From a virus (Duplodnaviria; Caudoviricetes): a stretch of 64,000 nt of DNA. The notes under the pieces were generated by a model. It saw only the letters and a program-made list of their open reading frames with translations, was not told the DNA's origin and searched no databases. Of the stretch, positions 32,701-42,591 are shown piece after piece. Made by a program: the position numbers and the translations under genes. The stretch spans positions 1-64,000 of the IMG/VR virus record IMGVR_UViG_2599185359_000001. One strand, given 5' to 3'. How positions within the stretch are numbered: the first letter of the stretch is position 1; each line of letters begins with the position of its first letter.

Positions 32701-34026
32701 GGCCGTCTGTTGCCCGCGCGTCATTTCCTTCCGCTCGGGTGCGGGGCCGCCGCGGCCGAACATCAGCCGGTGCAGCAGTCCGCGGTCGTTGCGCCGATCC
32801 ATCGTAAGCTCCTCAGTGAAGAGCCCCACATAGACGCGGCGCCGCGCGGAAGGAAAGGGCACGTCAGCCATCGTCGAGCGCATCGAACTCGCGCAAACGG
32901 CGGGCGACGCGGCGATCTCGGCGGCGATCGGGATTGGCGAGGGGCCGGAACGATGCGGCCATCGGGCGTCGGTTGGTCAGGGGAGCCTCCAGTTGCTGTT
33001 GCATCATTCGTAGATCCTGTTCGTCAGATTGTCGGGTGGGTTAACTGTCGTCGCGGGTAGGGCGCGAGCGGACATGCACGGCGAGGATGTCGTCGGGGTC
33101 GACGATCAGGAAGCCGGCGTTCCGTTCAAGGGTGAGCTCGAGGGCGAAGCCCTTGTTGAGGATCGCGGATACGCGCTGCAGATCGGCGATGCCGCGGATC
33201 GCGATCGCCGGCTTCTCGCCGGCGGCGATTGCTGCTTGCGCGCGCTGGATCTTGTAGGTGCTGGCGGTCTTCACGGTTCGTCCTCGATGATGTCTTGGGC
33301 ATTGAACTTGCTGGGCTCGTCACGCTCGCTGCCCTTGGCGAACACGACGGTGTCGGTCTCGTGAATCTCGAGACTCGCTCGGACGTCCCAGCGCGGGTGG
33401 TAGAAGTCGGGTGCGCCCCAGATGCGAACCGCCGTCGTGTGCTCGTCGCCTCGGAATCCTACGAAATGCAGGGCAGGACGGACTATGCCTGGCGGCGCTT
33501 GAAGCGCGGCTTGCTGCCGTCTGGGTTTGGCGGGCTGAATGGGCACTTGTTCTTTCTCTGGTGCTTCCACCAGCTCCAGCCACAACGGGCGCAGGTGTTG
33601 GTGGCCATCAGTTGCCCTGCTCCAGAAGGCGAAACATTCGCTTCAGCTTGCGGCGGTCGTAGTTGCCGGTGCGCATCATGCGCACCCACATGCGGCTCGA
33701 CCGCAGCTCACCGCGCCACAGCTTGAGCAGTGTCGGATTGGTGATCACCAATGTGTCGCCCGGCTGAGGCAGGCTGTCGAGAATGGCGTTAATACGCTCG
33801 AACGTGAGGCCGCTGCCGTCACATGCCGTTGTAATCGTAGGCATCAGCTGCGGACCTCCAAGCCCATGACCCGCAAAAGGTGCGCTTTCGCGAGAAGGAA
33901 AATCCTATCTATCTCAGCCCAGTCGTCGGGGTGCGCAGCGCCCTTGAAGGCGTGATCGCGTGCCGCGCGCTCGAAGCGGGTCACCGCTCCCAGTCGACGA
34001 CGGCGCTCCTTCGCGTCCATCACCAC
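29800..34026 (-). CDS. Run of small hypothetical proteins (29800-30363, 30360-30614, 30611-30844, 30844-31104, 31101-31553, 31579-31791, 31772-32029, 32029-32319, 32557-32802, 33041-33274, 33271-~33585, 33608-33844, 33844-34026)
   Basis: Overlapping stop/start coupling on the minus strand. Confidence 0.65.
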
Positions 34027-34343
34027 AAATCCTCGGAGAAAAGCCCGGGGAAACTGGATCCCGACTTCCGGTTGGCCGGATCCACCTGGCCGGCGGCAAC
34101 CGCGATCTCCAGCGCCTCCGCGCGTCCGACATAGCGGCCGATCGAAGTCGTGAAGCCTTGATCATCGCCGCCTGTGCCGTGCCCGAGAATGTCGAAGCTG
34201 GGGTGCAGCAAGGTGTGGTGCCGCGCCGGTGGCGGTGCGCTTATGGTCAGGAAGTCGGGATAGGGCTTCGCGCAATCATGTTCGCGCTTGGCCCAATGAT
34301 CGGGTACACGAACCCTAATTGCCGCCGCGACGATCGTTTCCAT
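34020..34343 (-). CDS. Phage hypothetical protein (RHH...QGFTTS.GRYVGR.EA...LFSEDLW type)
   Basis: Motif pattern familiar from phage hypothetical proteins. Confidence 0.7.
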   Translation of the reverse strand: METIVAAAIRVRVPDHWAKREHDCAKPYPDFLTISAPPPARHHTLLHPSFDILGHGTGGDDQGFTTSIGRYVGRAEALEIAVAAGQVDPANRKSGSSFPGLFSEDLW

Positions 34344-34945
34344 CAGAACATCCCCCAAAGCGGGCTGCTCTCCAGCACGGCAGTCTGCTTCTCGGTCAGC
34401 GGCTCGTTCTTGCCGACAGCAGGCGGCGAGCCGGCGAAGGCTTTCGCGCACGCGTCGGCAGCATCCTTGCTCTCCCAGAGCTTGCCGGGCACGACGACGC
34501 GCCCGGTGGGCAGATGCAGCGTGGTGCTGCTCGTGCCGCGGTCGAAGAACACCTGGACGGTCTTGTCGCGCCAAACAGCGCGGCGCCGACCTGTGGTGAC
34601 GTCTTGCGGCAGCAGGCAAAGGGTCTCGAACTGCGCGCCACGGGTACCCTGCGGGCCGATGCCACACAGGGAGATGAGCTTCTCGGGATCAGGGCGGCGA
34701 AGGTTCGCGCCGGTCTCCCAATCGTTCTTCGGCAGCAGACCGTTCCAGGTCTTCGCGAACAGCCAGTCGCCCTTGCTCTGCTTGATCAGGCGGAAGTGGT
34801 GCCCGTTGCGATTGACGAACACGATCGGGCAATCCTGCCAGCGGTCATCGGCATCGAAGTGGAAGATGTGGATGTCGTTGGCCAGCGAGACCACCGCGGG
34901 CTCGCCGCGCTGTGCAACGAAGTCGGTTACGGACTGCAGGTCCAT
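34343..34945 (-). CDS. Hypothetical protein ending SPLWGMF
   Basis: SD AAGGAG, hairpin and promoter upstream. Confidence 0.75.
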   Translation of the reverse strand: MDLQSVTDFVAQRGEPAVVSLANDIHIFHFDADDRWQDCPIVFVNRNGHHFRLIKQSKGDWLFAKTWNGLLPKNDWETGANLRRPDPEKLISLCGIGPQGTRGAQFETLCLLPQDVTTGRRRAVWRDKTVQVFFDRGTSSTTLHLPTGRVVVPGKLWESKDAADACAKAFAGSPPAVGKNEPLTEKQTAVLESSPLWGMF

Positions 34946-35046
34946 GAGAATCTCCTTGTGCGAGCACCGCTGCTCGCGTTGTGTGTGTCACCTAGCACAG
35001 TCTCAGCGTCGCGCAAGTGGGTTCTTTCGGTGCGTGTTCGCGCCGG

Positions 35047-35173
35047 TGAAGTTTCTTCGAGGTGTGCAAGGTGCGCTAGATTGCGCTGCGGTGCGATCTC
35101 AGCGCGATTTGAGCGCTTGAGGTAGTCTGACCAACCTTGCGCAAGCGATGCGCTCAGACGCGCTTAAAATCGC
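35047..35173. repeat. Second GG/CC-free periodic element (strong-gyrase-site-like)
   Basis: Aligns with the reverse complement of 21151-21228. Confidence 0.6.
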
Positions 35174-35435
35174 CCGGCCGATCGTCGTTATCGTAATCCC
35201 CAGGTTGTGTGACCTGGGCAGCCGACGTGAGAGAAGCGTACGGCAGTGGGGTTGGGGGTCGAACCAGACTCCACGAAGCCCTTGGACAACTCCTGAATAG
35301 CGAAATTCGGGCCGTTGTCGTTGTCGGTCCCGTGAGCGGTGCCGGTCGCGCCGCAGCTGCATGTCAAAACGTAGTGCCAGTGATCGGTAGCCATAGCGGT
35401 CGTGTAGCCGTATCACCGCCGTTCCACCAGTGGAT

Positions 35436-36191
35436 CTAAGCGGCAAGATCCATTGGCTCGATGCCGGTGATCTCGGGCAGCCGCTTGCCGGTCATGCTGA
35501 CTGTAAAGCCCAGCTCGATCTCCTTGTGGCAGTATCGGGCGTAGACCTTCGGCTGGAGCTCGGCTGCGCGCGTCAGATCGTCCTTGGAGGACATGATGCA
35601 GATGATACAGCTCTTGCGGCTCATCCCGGCACCGTAGGTCCAGAACGGCTCTTCGCCCGCTGCCTTGATCAGCTGAAACACATGCTCGGTTGAGAAGCCG
35701 TGGATCGGCAGCCAGTCGTACCATTCGCGGCCGGCGACGGAGTTGCGCTCGTTCCGCTTGAAGTCGACCAGCTTGCCACGCTTCGGGCTTTCCGCCGCGC
35801 GCATGCCCATGCAGTTCACGACCAGCCCGCCGAACTCCGGGTGCGCGGCGAGGAAGCGACGGATCTCGCGTGTGATCGGGCCGGTCTTCAGGTCGGACGT
35901 GCACTGGCGGTTTGAGGGCGAGGGGAACATGCCGCGGTGATCGACCATCTGCCAGAACGTCTTGCAGGCGTGCGCCTCGATGATCGGGATACCCGCGCTG
36001 TACCGCTCGATGTGCTCGACCGATGCGTCCCACTCGACCTCGGGCAGAACCGCGTGAACGATCAGCAACTGGCGATGAGGGATCAGCCGCTTCAGCATCA
36101 CCTTCATCGCCTGGCTGTCCTTCCCGCCGCTGTCGTTGATGACGAACAGCCCGCCGCGCTCGACAAGATCCTTGATGTGCGCGGGCAGCAT
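35436..36191 (-). CDS. PAPS-reductase/DndC-like PP-loop protein
   Basis: SGGKDS, RQCTSDLK, GMRAAESPKR, WLPI, SCIIC. Confidence 0.85.
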   Translation of the reverse strand: MLPAHIKDLVERGGLFVINDSGGKDSQAMKVMLKRLIPHRQLLIVHAVLPEVEWDASVEHIERYSAGIPIIEAHACKTFWQMVDHRGMFPSPSNRQCTSDLKTGPITREIRRFLAAHPEFGGLVVNCMGMRAAESPKRGKLVDFKRNERNSVAGREWYDWLPIHGFSTEHVFQLIKAAGEEPFWTYGAGMSRKSCIICIMSSKDDLTRAAELQPKVYARYCHKEIELGFTVSMTGKRLPEITGIEPMDLAA

Positions 36192-37852
36192 CAGAAAGCC
36201 ACCTCGTCCTCGATGACTGGATCGATGACGATGCCGGCAGCCGGCAAGCGGCGTTGCCACTCAATTGCACCAGCTTCGGGGAACGCCTCACGAAGTCGAT
36301 CCAGCGCCTCCATCTCGGTAGAGCCGCGGATCGCTCCCGCGCTACCGCCGTCGATCTCGCGCCAGAACCACGTCTGCGCGTCGGGGTGCGGCTCGCCATA
36401 AAGCTTGCTCTCACGGCCCAGGATCTGTGCAGCGATCCATGGTATGACGGCATTGTAGTCGCCGATGCCGGGAGGGACGCAGCCTTCCCAGACGATGGTG
36501 CCCGGCAGCCCCTTCGACGCTCCTTCGACGTATACCAGCCCGTCCTTGAATACGCCCGACCACGCGCCATTGAGGCAGTCGAAGTGCCGACCCCGTTCGT
36601 CCACTTTGGTCTCGGACGCCCACACCGTCACGGTGCTGCCATGACCTAGCGCGAAGTGCTTGCTCATCAGAACGTCGCCCCCTCGCGCATGCGCCGCTCA
36701 TCAATGCCGCGGCCCTCGTGTTCGACGGCGGCGGTCACATCGATCTTGATCGTTAGGTGATCTTTGAGGAGCTTCTGAGCTTCCTCGCGAATGACCTTCT
36801 CGATCAGCTCGTTCAGCTTGGTCACGCCCGAGCCTTGCGGCACACGCCATTGCGTCAGCTTGCGGCCGACCTCGTCGCGGATGATGCTCTCGATGAAGGC
36901 ACCACCCACGAAGCCCTTGTTCACGCGGGTCTCGACAACCTCCTTGAACAGCCCCCGGATCATCTCCCTAGGATCGACACCCACCTCGTTGACGTAGGTG
37001 CGGATCGCCTGGAGCAGACGCTGGTTGCGCTTGCGATTGGCGGCATTCTTCTTGCGCACGGGCTTGTCCGTCATGCCGCCACCGCCAGGTCGACGCGAGC
37101 ATTGGCATTCTGCGAGACGTGAATCAGGCCCGCGATGAAGTTCACCTCGCGCTGCGAGAAGCCGCCGACGCTGGTGCGCTCCTCACGATCCACGCCGTCG
37201 ACGGCCCAGCGCGCGGCGTTTTCGAGAAGGCTACGCGTCAGCTTATCGCCGGTCCGGCGGTTGTTGTAGACGAGCATGTAGAAGAGGCGTTCGGTCTTCC
37301 CGCGCTTGCCGGCAACCCACGCGAAGAAGCGATGAGCGAGGCCCGGCCACATGACGCGCCGTTCGATCAGCGTTGCCGCGACCGTCGCGGCCACGTTACC
37401 GCGGAGCGCGCGCAGATCGAGCGCAAGCTCCATCATATCGGTACGCTGGGCAGCGCTGTAGAACTTGGCGCCGGGGTGAAAGGGGACGATTTTGGGGAGG
37501 CGGGTGCCGCGCATCAGTTGTGCTCCGGGTGCTTGCCGTGGATCGGTGCGTGACGGCACGCATCAATCATGCCCAGCATGATGAAGGCGCGACGCTCGCC
37601 ACCGACACGGTAGGAGAGATAGAAGGGGCGGGGGCCGATCGGGAAATCGTCGGCCCAATATGCGTCCTGATTGAACATCTGGGAGTTGTGCCAGGATGCG
37701 ATGGACAGGCGTCGATCGCCCTTGCGGAAGAAGATGAGGTTGAAGCGACCGTGCAGCAGCACCGCATACAGCCAGATCAATGCCGCAAGTACGAGGAGCG
37801 TGGCGATCGCTGCGGTCGCCCCGACCCCGATCCAGTAGAACGCTTCGGTCAT
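36191..37852 (-). CDS. Hypothetical proteins (36191-36667, 36667-37074, 37071-37514, 37514-37852 membrane)
   Basis: Coupled ORFs. Confidence 0.7.
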
Positions 37853-38472
37853 GCCGCTTCCTTCAGCGGCGGTAGGCCGAGCGACTGGTTGAGGTTCACG
37901 AGGGGCACTGCCGGCAGCTGCACCTTGGCGACCGCCTTGATGAACTGCTCTGCGATGGGCATCACCTCGGGCCATCGCTCGCGCAACTGACGATCGGAGC
38001 GGATCTCAGACAGGATGCCCGTCACCTCTGCGCGACGAGTGTTGATTTCGTCGGCGATCCCCTCTTGGTAGAGGACGAACTCCATGACCTCGGCGCCAAA
38101 CGCATCGTCAGCCTCGAAGCTCGCAAGAGGGTTGTCGCCGGTGTCGCTATAGGGCACGTAGAAGCCAGGCAGCTTCACCTCGGCCGGCTTTAGGCGATTA
38201 ATAGCGTTGCCGGAGGCGTTCGAGTTTCGCCCCAGCGTTACGCGCGCGCCGGCGATGTTCAGCGGCAGCGTGTTGCGGAAGTATGTCGAACCTTTGTGCG
38301 TCTCGCTCATGAGCTTCAGGGCCGCCCGAACCTCGGCGGAATAGATGCGCTCGAATACGCGCCGCATCAGCGGTGCCTCGAGTTGGAAGAAGGCCAGCAG
38401 CTTGTCACGGAAGCCGTGCTTGAGCACCGCGTTCGTGATGTCGGCGCGGATGTCGTTGTTGATCGCGACCAT
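37849..38472 (-). CDS. Nmad5-like (nucleotide-modification-associated domain 5) protein
   Basis: N-terminal NNDIRADI; C-terminal QLRERWPE...LPAV..LNQSLGLP pattern. Confidence 0.6.
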   Translation of the reverse strand: MVAINNDIRADITNAVLKHGFRDKLLAFFQLEAPLMRRVFERIYSAEVRAALKLMSETHKGSTYFRNTLPLNIAGARVTLGRNSNASGNAINRLKPAEVKLPGFYVPYSDTGDNPLASFEADDAFGAEVMEFVLYQEGIADEINTRRAEVTGILSEIRSDRQLRERWPEVMPIAEQFIKAVAKVQLPAVPLVNLNQSLGLPPLKEAA

Positions 38473-38987
38473 CAGCCCCGCACCCCCTCGGGCCAGTAGG
38501 AGATCTCGGCCTCGCCCTCGCGCTGTTCCTGAGCGTCATCGGGGATCGCGCCGTGCGTCAGCAGCCAGTTGATGCGGTGGGCGGCGCCGTGCGCGGTGTT
38601 GTCGGTGTCAGACCAACCGCTGCCGAAGCACCACTCCCACACGGCACCTTCGTAGCGATATTCCTGACCGTCCTCGTCGACCGGGGACGGGACGAAAGCG
38701 CGATATGAATAGCTGATCCAGTTCTCGCCCGCGACGAAGTCGATGCCCGCGACGGGGCCGTGACCGACCGCGCATGCAGCGGTGCCACATTCGGCGCGGA
38801 AGGCCGGGTGGTGCCCCCTGCCGTGAAGTTCGTTGTCGACGAACAGCCGCATGCTGAAATCGGGATATGTGGCGGGCAGCTGCAGGAGATGGTCCGCCAG
38901 ACGACGCAGATTCGCCTGCTGCTCGACGCTGATCGTGGTGACGAAATCCGTTTCGCCGGGCTCCTGGATGATGATCGGTTCGCTCAT
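38472..38987 (-). CDS. Hypothetical protein (CGTAACAVGH motif)
   Basis: SD AGGAG; coupled to the downstream gene. Confidence 0.7.
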   Translation of the reverse strand: MSEPIIIQEPGETDFVTTISVEQQANLRRLADHLLQLPATYPDFSMRLFVDNELHGRGHHPAFRAECGTAACAVGHGPVAGIDFVAGENWISYSYRAFVPSPVDEDGQEYRYEGAVWEWCFGSGWSDTDNTAHGAAHRINWLLTHGAIPDDAQEQREGEAEISYWPEGVRG

Positions 38988-39078
38988 TTCGCTCCTCGCG
39001 AGTCGTTGTTCGTTTGCGATGTGTGTCACTTACCACAGGTCGCAGCGAGAGCAAGTGGCAAGCGACACACACAATGCA

Positions 39079-39945
39079 TTAGGCGGCGAGCTTCACCAGC
39101 TCGGCGGCGAGGGCTTGGTCGGCGATCACCAGATCGCGGGGCGCGGTGGGCGACGGCTGGACGAGTCCGGTGATCTTGAACAGCGCCGTCATCTGCTGCG
39201 CTTGGGCGCGGGCGGTGCCGGTGGAGAGGTTTTCGCCCTCGTAGGCGGCCACGAGCGACTTGCCGCTGATCATGCCATCGGCAACCAGGCGACGGACCGC
39301 GACCGAGGTGTACCGCGAGAGGCGCTTGCCGGCGGCGATCGACTGGATGAGGTTCTGCGCCTTCTCCTGCACCTTCTTCGCGGCACAGGCGTCGAGGTTA
39401 GCCTTGAGCGTGGCGGGGTCGATCGCGGCGATCGAGTGGAAGTCGCGGGCGGGGGCGGGGGCCGCTGCCGGCGTGGTATTCGCGGCGATCTTCGGCTTGC
39501 GTGCGCTCTTCTGCTTGGCGGGCTTGGTGACGCTCTCGGCCGCTTCGATCTCGGCGAGCAGGGCGTCAGCGTCGTTGGCGATGACCTCGCTCACATCACC
39601 GCTGGCAACCTGGGCGGTCGCGCTCTCACCATCTGCGGGAGCTTGGAAGCCGAACTCGTCCTCTTCGGCTTCTTCCGCCGCGGCGAGCATGTCCTCGATC
39701 TCTTCGTTACCGGTGGCGACGTCGATCACGACGCTGGAGGGGGTGACGTCGATCGTGACCTCCTCGACGTCCGCGAGGCTCATGATCTCGTTCGTTTCGT
39801 CCATCTCGGCCTGGATCGCGGCGAGCGCCGCATCGACAGGATCTTCGAGGTCGGTGGCGACCACGAGTGCCGTGGTCGCCTGGGTGTTGTCAGCCGCGTC
39901 GGCGGCGGGCTTGGGGCTGCTGTTGCGGTTGCGCTTGCGGCTCAT
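39079..39945 (-). CDS. Acidic protein with probable C-terminal winged-helix
   Basis: D/E-rich N-half; STGTARAQAQQMTALFKITGL. Confidence 0.75.
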   Translation of the reverse strand: MSRKRNRNSSPKPAADAADNTQATTALVVATDLEDPVDAALAAIQAEMDETNEIMSLADVEEVTIDVTPSSVVIDVATGNEEIEDMLAAAEEAEEDEFGFQAPADGESATAQVASGDVSEVIANDADALLAEIEAAESVTKPAKQKSARKPKIAANTTPAAAPAPARDFHSIAAIDPATLKANLDACAAKKVQEKAQNLIQSIAAGKRLSRYTSVAVRRLVADGMISGKSLVAAYEGENLSTGTARAQAQQMTALFKITGLVQPSPTAPRDLVIADQALAAELVKLAA

Positions 39946-40312
39946 CGTCGATCTCCTCGTGCTCGACGCTCGATTGCGTCGTTGCAACCGAGATAACCGC
40001 ATCGTCGGTGCCGGTCGGCTGGCTTCCTGCGACCGGCTCGACGGCAGCCGAAGCCCGCGCGAGCTCGTAGCGGGCCGAAGCGATGTCGGTGCGGAGCATC
40101 TTGAGGCCCGCGAGCTCGTTGACATCCTCGCGGCCGACGATCTCCGCCACGACCTTGTCGTCGAGTTCGGCGAGGCGTTCGACCTTGTCCTCTTCCGACC
40201 CTTCGCCCAGGTCCCAGGCCAACAGCGCGCCTTCGCGCTTGACGATGTTCTGGTCGCCGAGGAGGGCGACCGCGGTGAGCGAGAGTTCGCCCGCGGAATG
40301 CTTGAACTTCAT
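39890..40312 (-). CDS. Hypothetical protein
   Basis: SD GAAGGA, start MKFKH. Confidence 0.55.
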   Translation of the reverse strand: MKFKHSAGELSLTAVALLGDQNIVKREGALLAWDLGEGSEEDKVERLAELDDKVVAEIVGREDVNELAGLKMLRTDIASARYELARASAAVEPVAGSQPTGTDDAVISVATTQSSVEHEEIDDEPQAQPQQQPQARRRRG

Positions 40313-40326
40313 TGCGTGATCCTTCT

Positions 40327-40890
40327 CTATTTGGACTGGGGGCCGGTGGGCAGATTGAACCAGTTGAGGCGGCGGCCGACGAAGAGGCACTGAGCGAGCA
40401 CATCCACGTCGTATTCGGCTGCGTGGGCTTTCGCCCGGTCGTATGGGACGTCGCAGCACGTCGCGAGTTCTTGGAGCCGGGGCAGCTTGCCGTTGGCAGT
40501 TGCCCAGCGTCCCTTCATCATCGTGTCATAGGTCGCGGGCCAGGTCGTGCGCTGCCCAACGCGCTCCAGCTCCCGCTTTAGGAACGGGAAGTCGTACCCG
40601 TCGCCGTTGTGAGCGACCACCAACACCACCTCGGGGTGCTCGATGACGCCGCGGACCTGCGGCGCGATCACATCGAACGTCGGTTCGTTGGCGAGATCGT
40701 CGAGCCGAATGCCGTGAACCTTCTGGGCAGAGGCGTCGATCTTTCGCAGCGGGTTGCAGCGCCACACGAAGCCCTTCACGAGCTCTTCGGTGTCGAGGTC
40801 GTAGAGCCGGCAGCAGATTTCGATCAGGCGGTGCTCGGGCTCATTGAGGCCGGTGCCCTCGGTGTCGCAGACGTTGACCAGGCGGCGCAT
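40327..40890 (-). CDS. DEDDh 3'-5' exonuclease (DnaQ-like)
   Basis: DTEGTG, AHN..YD, HAAEYD. Confidence 0.9.
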   Translation of the reverse strand: MRRLVNVCDTEGTGLNEPEHRLIEICCRLYDLDTEELVKGFVWRCNPLRKIDASAQKVHGIRLDDLANEPTFDVIAPQVRGVIEHPEVVLVVAHNGDGYDFPFLKRELERVGQRTTWPATYDTMMKGRWATANGKLPRLQELATCCDVPYDRAKAHAAEYDVDVLAQCLFVGRRLNWFNLPTGPQSK

Positions 40891-41271
40891 CAGACGCGCG
40901 CCCCGTCGACCGTAGCAAGCGAGATCTTGCCCACCTTGCGCACAGGAGTGCTGACCGGGCGAGCTAGTTCCACCTCGATGGTGTCGAGGGGGAACGTCTC
41001 GCGCTGGGCGCCCTTGCCGTGATCGACCAGGACGGCGTGGATCGCCACGCAGTCCAGATCAGCCAAGCCGACGGAGGTGTCCTTCACCACCTGCGCGATT
41101 GCCTTCATGAGGGCGTCGCGTGACAGGGTGAGCTTGTGGGTCTTCGCCATCACCGCAGCACCGCCGCCGCGGCGCAGTATCCCGCCGCGAACGCAAGGTA
41201 GCCGACGATCGCATAGCCGGTGAGGTTGACCGCCGTTCGCGCCTTGACGCGCATTTTGCGGAGGCGCGCGA

Positions 41272-41934
41272 TCATGCCGCTGCCCGATTGGCGAGGCCGA
41301 AGGTGGCTGCCACGAAGTCCGCCGCGGTCGCGATACGGTCGGCGCGGTCGGTGTTCTCGCGCAAGATGGTGCCGATCCGCGGCGCCATGTCCGCCAAGCT
41401 CTCATCGAAGAGCATGCCGCGCACCAGGAAATGGATATGCTCCTGGTAGGCGGCATTCATCGGCGGTTTGCCATCCATCGGCTCGAAGGTGATGGCCGGC
41501 GGGACCAGGATCACGAGATCGAAATGCTGAGCGGTGAGGCTGATGGCGCTCTCGACATACTGAACGCAGTCGTCGCGAACGCGAGGCGAGCCGGCCGCCG
41601 CCGAGGCATCGGCGAGGTAATAGGCGGCTGCATCGATCGGCGTTCGGTCGCACACGTAGCTCACCGGGCCGCCGTGCGCCTTGCTGAGCGCCGCGGACGC
41701 CTCGATCTGGCCCACCATGGCGTCCATGATGCGCCCCTGCATCACAGTGCCCGTGTTCAGGCGATTGTGTCGCTCCATGTCGAAGCCGTGAATTTCGGCA
41801 ACAACGCCCGCCGAGCTGGACAAGAAGGGGACGTCGAAGAGCTTGGCGATGGCGCGGGCGAGGGTGGTCTTGCCCACGCGGTGAGCGCCAGCGAAGCCGA
41901 TGCGCGTTCCGTTGAGGTGTGTGTTGTTCACCAT
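41272..41934 (-). CDS. P-loop nucleotide kinase (AAA_28/dNMP-kinase-like)
   Basis: GAHRVGKTT Walker A; DRTPID. Confidence 0.75.
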   Translation of the reverse strand: MVNNTHLNGTRIGFAGAHRVGKTTLARAIAKLFDVPFLSSSAGVVAEIHGFDMERHNRLNTGTVMQGRIMDAMVGQIEASAALSKAHGGPVSYVCDRTPIDAAAYYLADASAAAGSPRVRDDCVQYVESAISLTAQHFDLVILVPPAITFEPMDGKPPMNAAYQEHIHFLVRGMLFDESLADMAPRIGTILRENTDRADRIATAADFVAATFGLANRAAA

Positions 41935-41943
41935 ACGCTCCAG

Positions 41944-42591
41944 TTAAAATGGGTGCCGGAGGACGAGGTCCGTCCAGGTTTCCAGCGTGATGTCGCCGGC
42001 CGCCGCGCCGAGAACGAGGGCCTGCGGCGCCGCCCATCGCGCGTTCTCGATCACGTCCTCGAACTTGGCAGGATCAATGCCCGGCAAAGCCTGGACGTCG
42101 ATAACGGCCACAAGGCCGACGTGCACCTTGTCAACATCGGACGCCGCCGAGCTGATCACCGCCGCCCAGTTGCACAAGCCCGCGCGCTGTTCGTCGGAAA
42201 GGCGCAGCAAGCTGATGCCGAGCTCTTCCTCGAGCTCGCGGATGCAGGCGGTCTGCATCGTAGCGCGAAGATCGATGACGCCATCTGCGTCATAGACCGC
42301 GTCGCTTCCGTCGACATGGCCCCCGAACCCGATCGACGCTTTCGCATGCAGCCGAGCGTCGCCTCCGCTGGCGCCGCGCTGATAGACCAGCACGTTCTTG
42401 CCATCACGGATCACGATGTAGGGGATCGGCTGAACGAAGTCGAAATCCACTTCCAGCTTCGGCCGCGGCCCGATCCACACCTCGCCTTCTGCGAAGATAT
42501 GGCCCACGTCGTCCGGTTGGTGACTGATACCGAAGCCCAGATCACCAAGCGAAGCTGCACGGATCGCGATAATATGCGCGATCTTGGACAT
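41944..42591 (-). CDS. NUDIX-family hydrolase
   Basis: GFGGHV...RELEEELG Nudix box; QPIPY. Confidence 0.8.
   Translation of the reverse strand: MSKIAHIIAIRAASLGDLGFGISHQPDDVGHIFAEGEVWIGPRPKLEVDFDFVQPIPYIVIRDGKNVLVYQRGASGGDARLHAKASIGFGGHVDGSDAVYDADGVIDLRATMQTACIRELEEELGISLLRLSDEQRAGLCNWAAVISSAASDVDKVHVGLVAVIDVQALPGIDPAKFEDVIENARWAAPQALVLGAAAGDITLETWTDLVLRHPF

Larger units (their letters stand above)
10284..34977 (-). promoter_or_regulatory. Family of 13 leader hairpins with invariant AGCGGT apex (10284, 10303, 11308, 12084, 15059, 17334, 18404, 20076, 23700, 24941, 27731, 28241, 34960)
   Basis: Stems differ but always pair; all on the minus strand just upstream of an SD and start codon. Confidence 0.85.

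Noticed and set aside
10284-34977. Hairpin repeats read as a CRISPR array or integron attC sites
   Set aside because: Irregular kb-scale spacing, variable stems, no cas genes, no attC core sites or integron integrase
35436-36191. Sulfate-assimilation cysH or a complete Dnd phosphorothioation system
   Set aside because: No cys or dndABDE neighbours in the window; only the PP-loop family can be supported
36191-36700. C-termini DEVAF and EGATF as members of the PxWGxF tag family
   Set aside because: Only the terminal Phe matches; too weak to count
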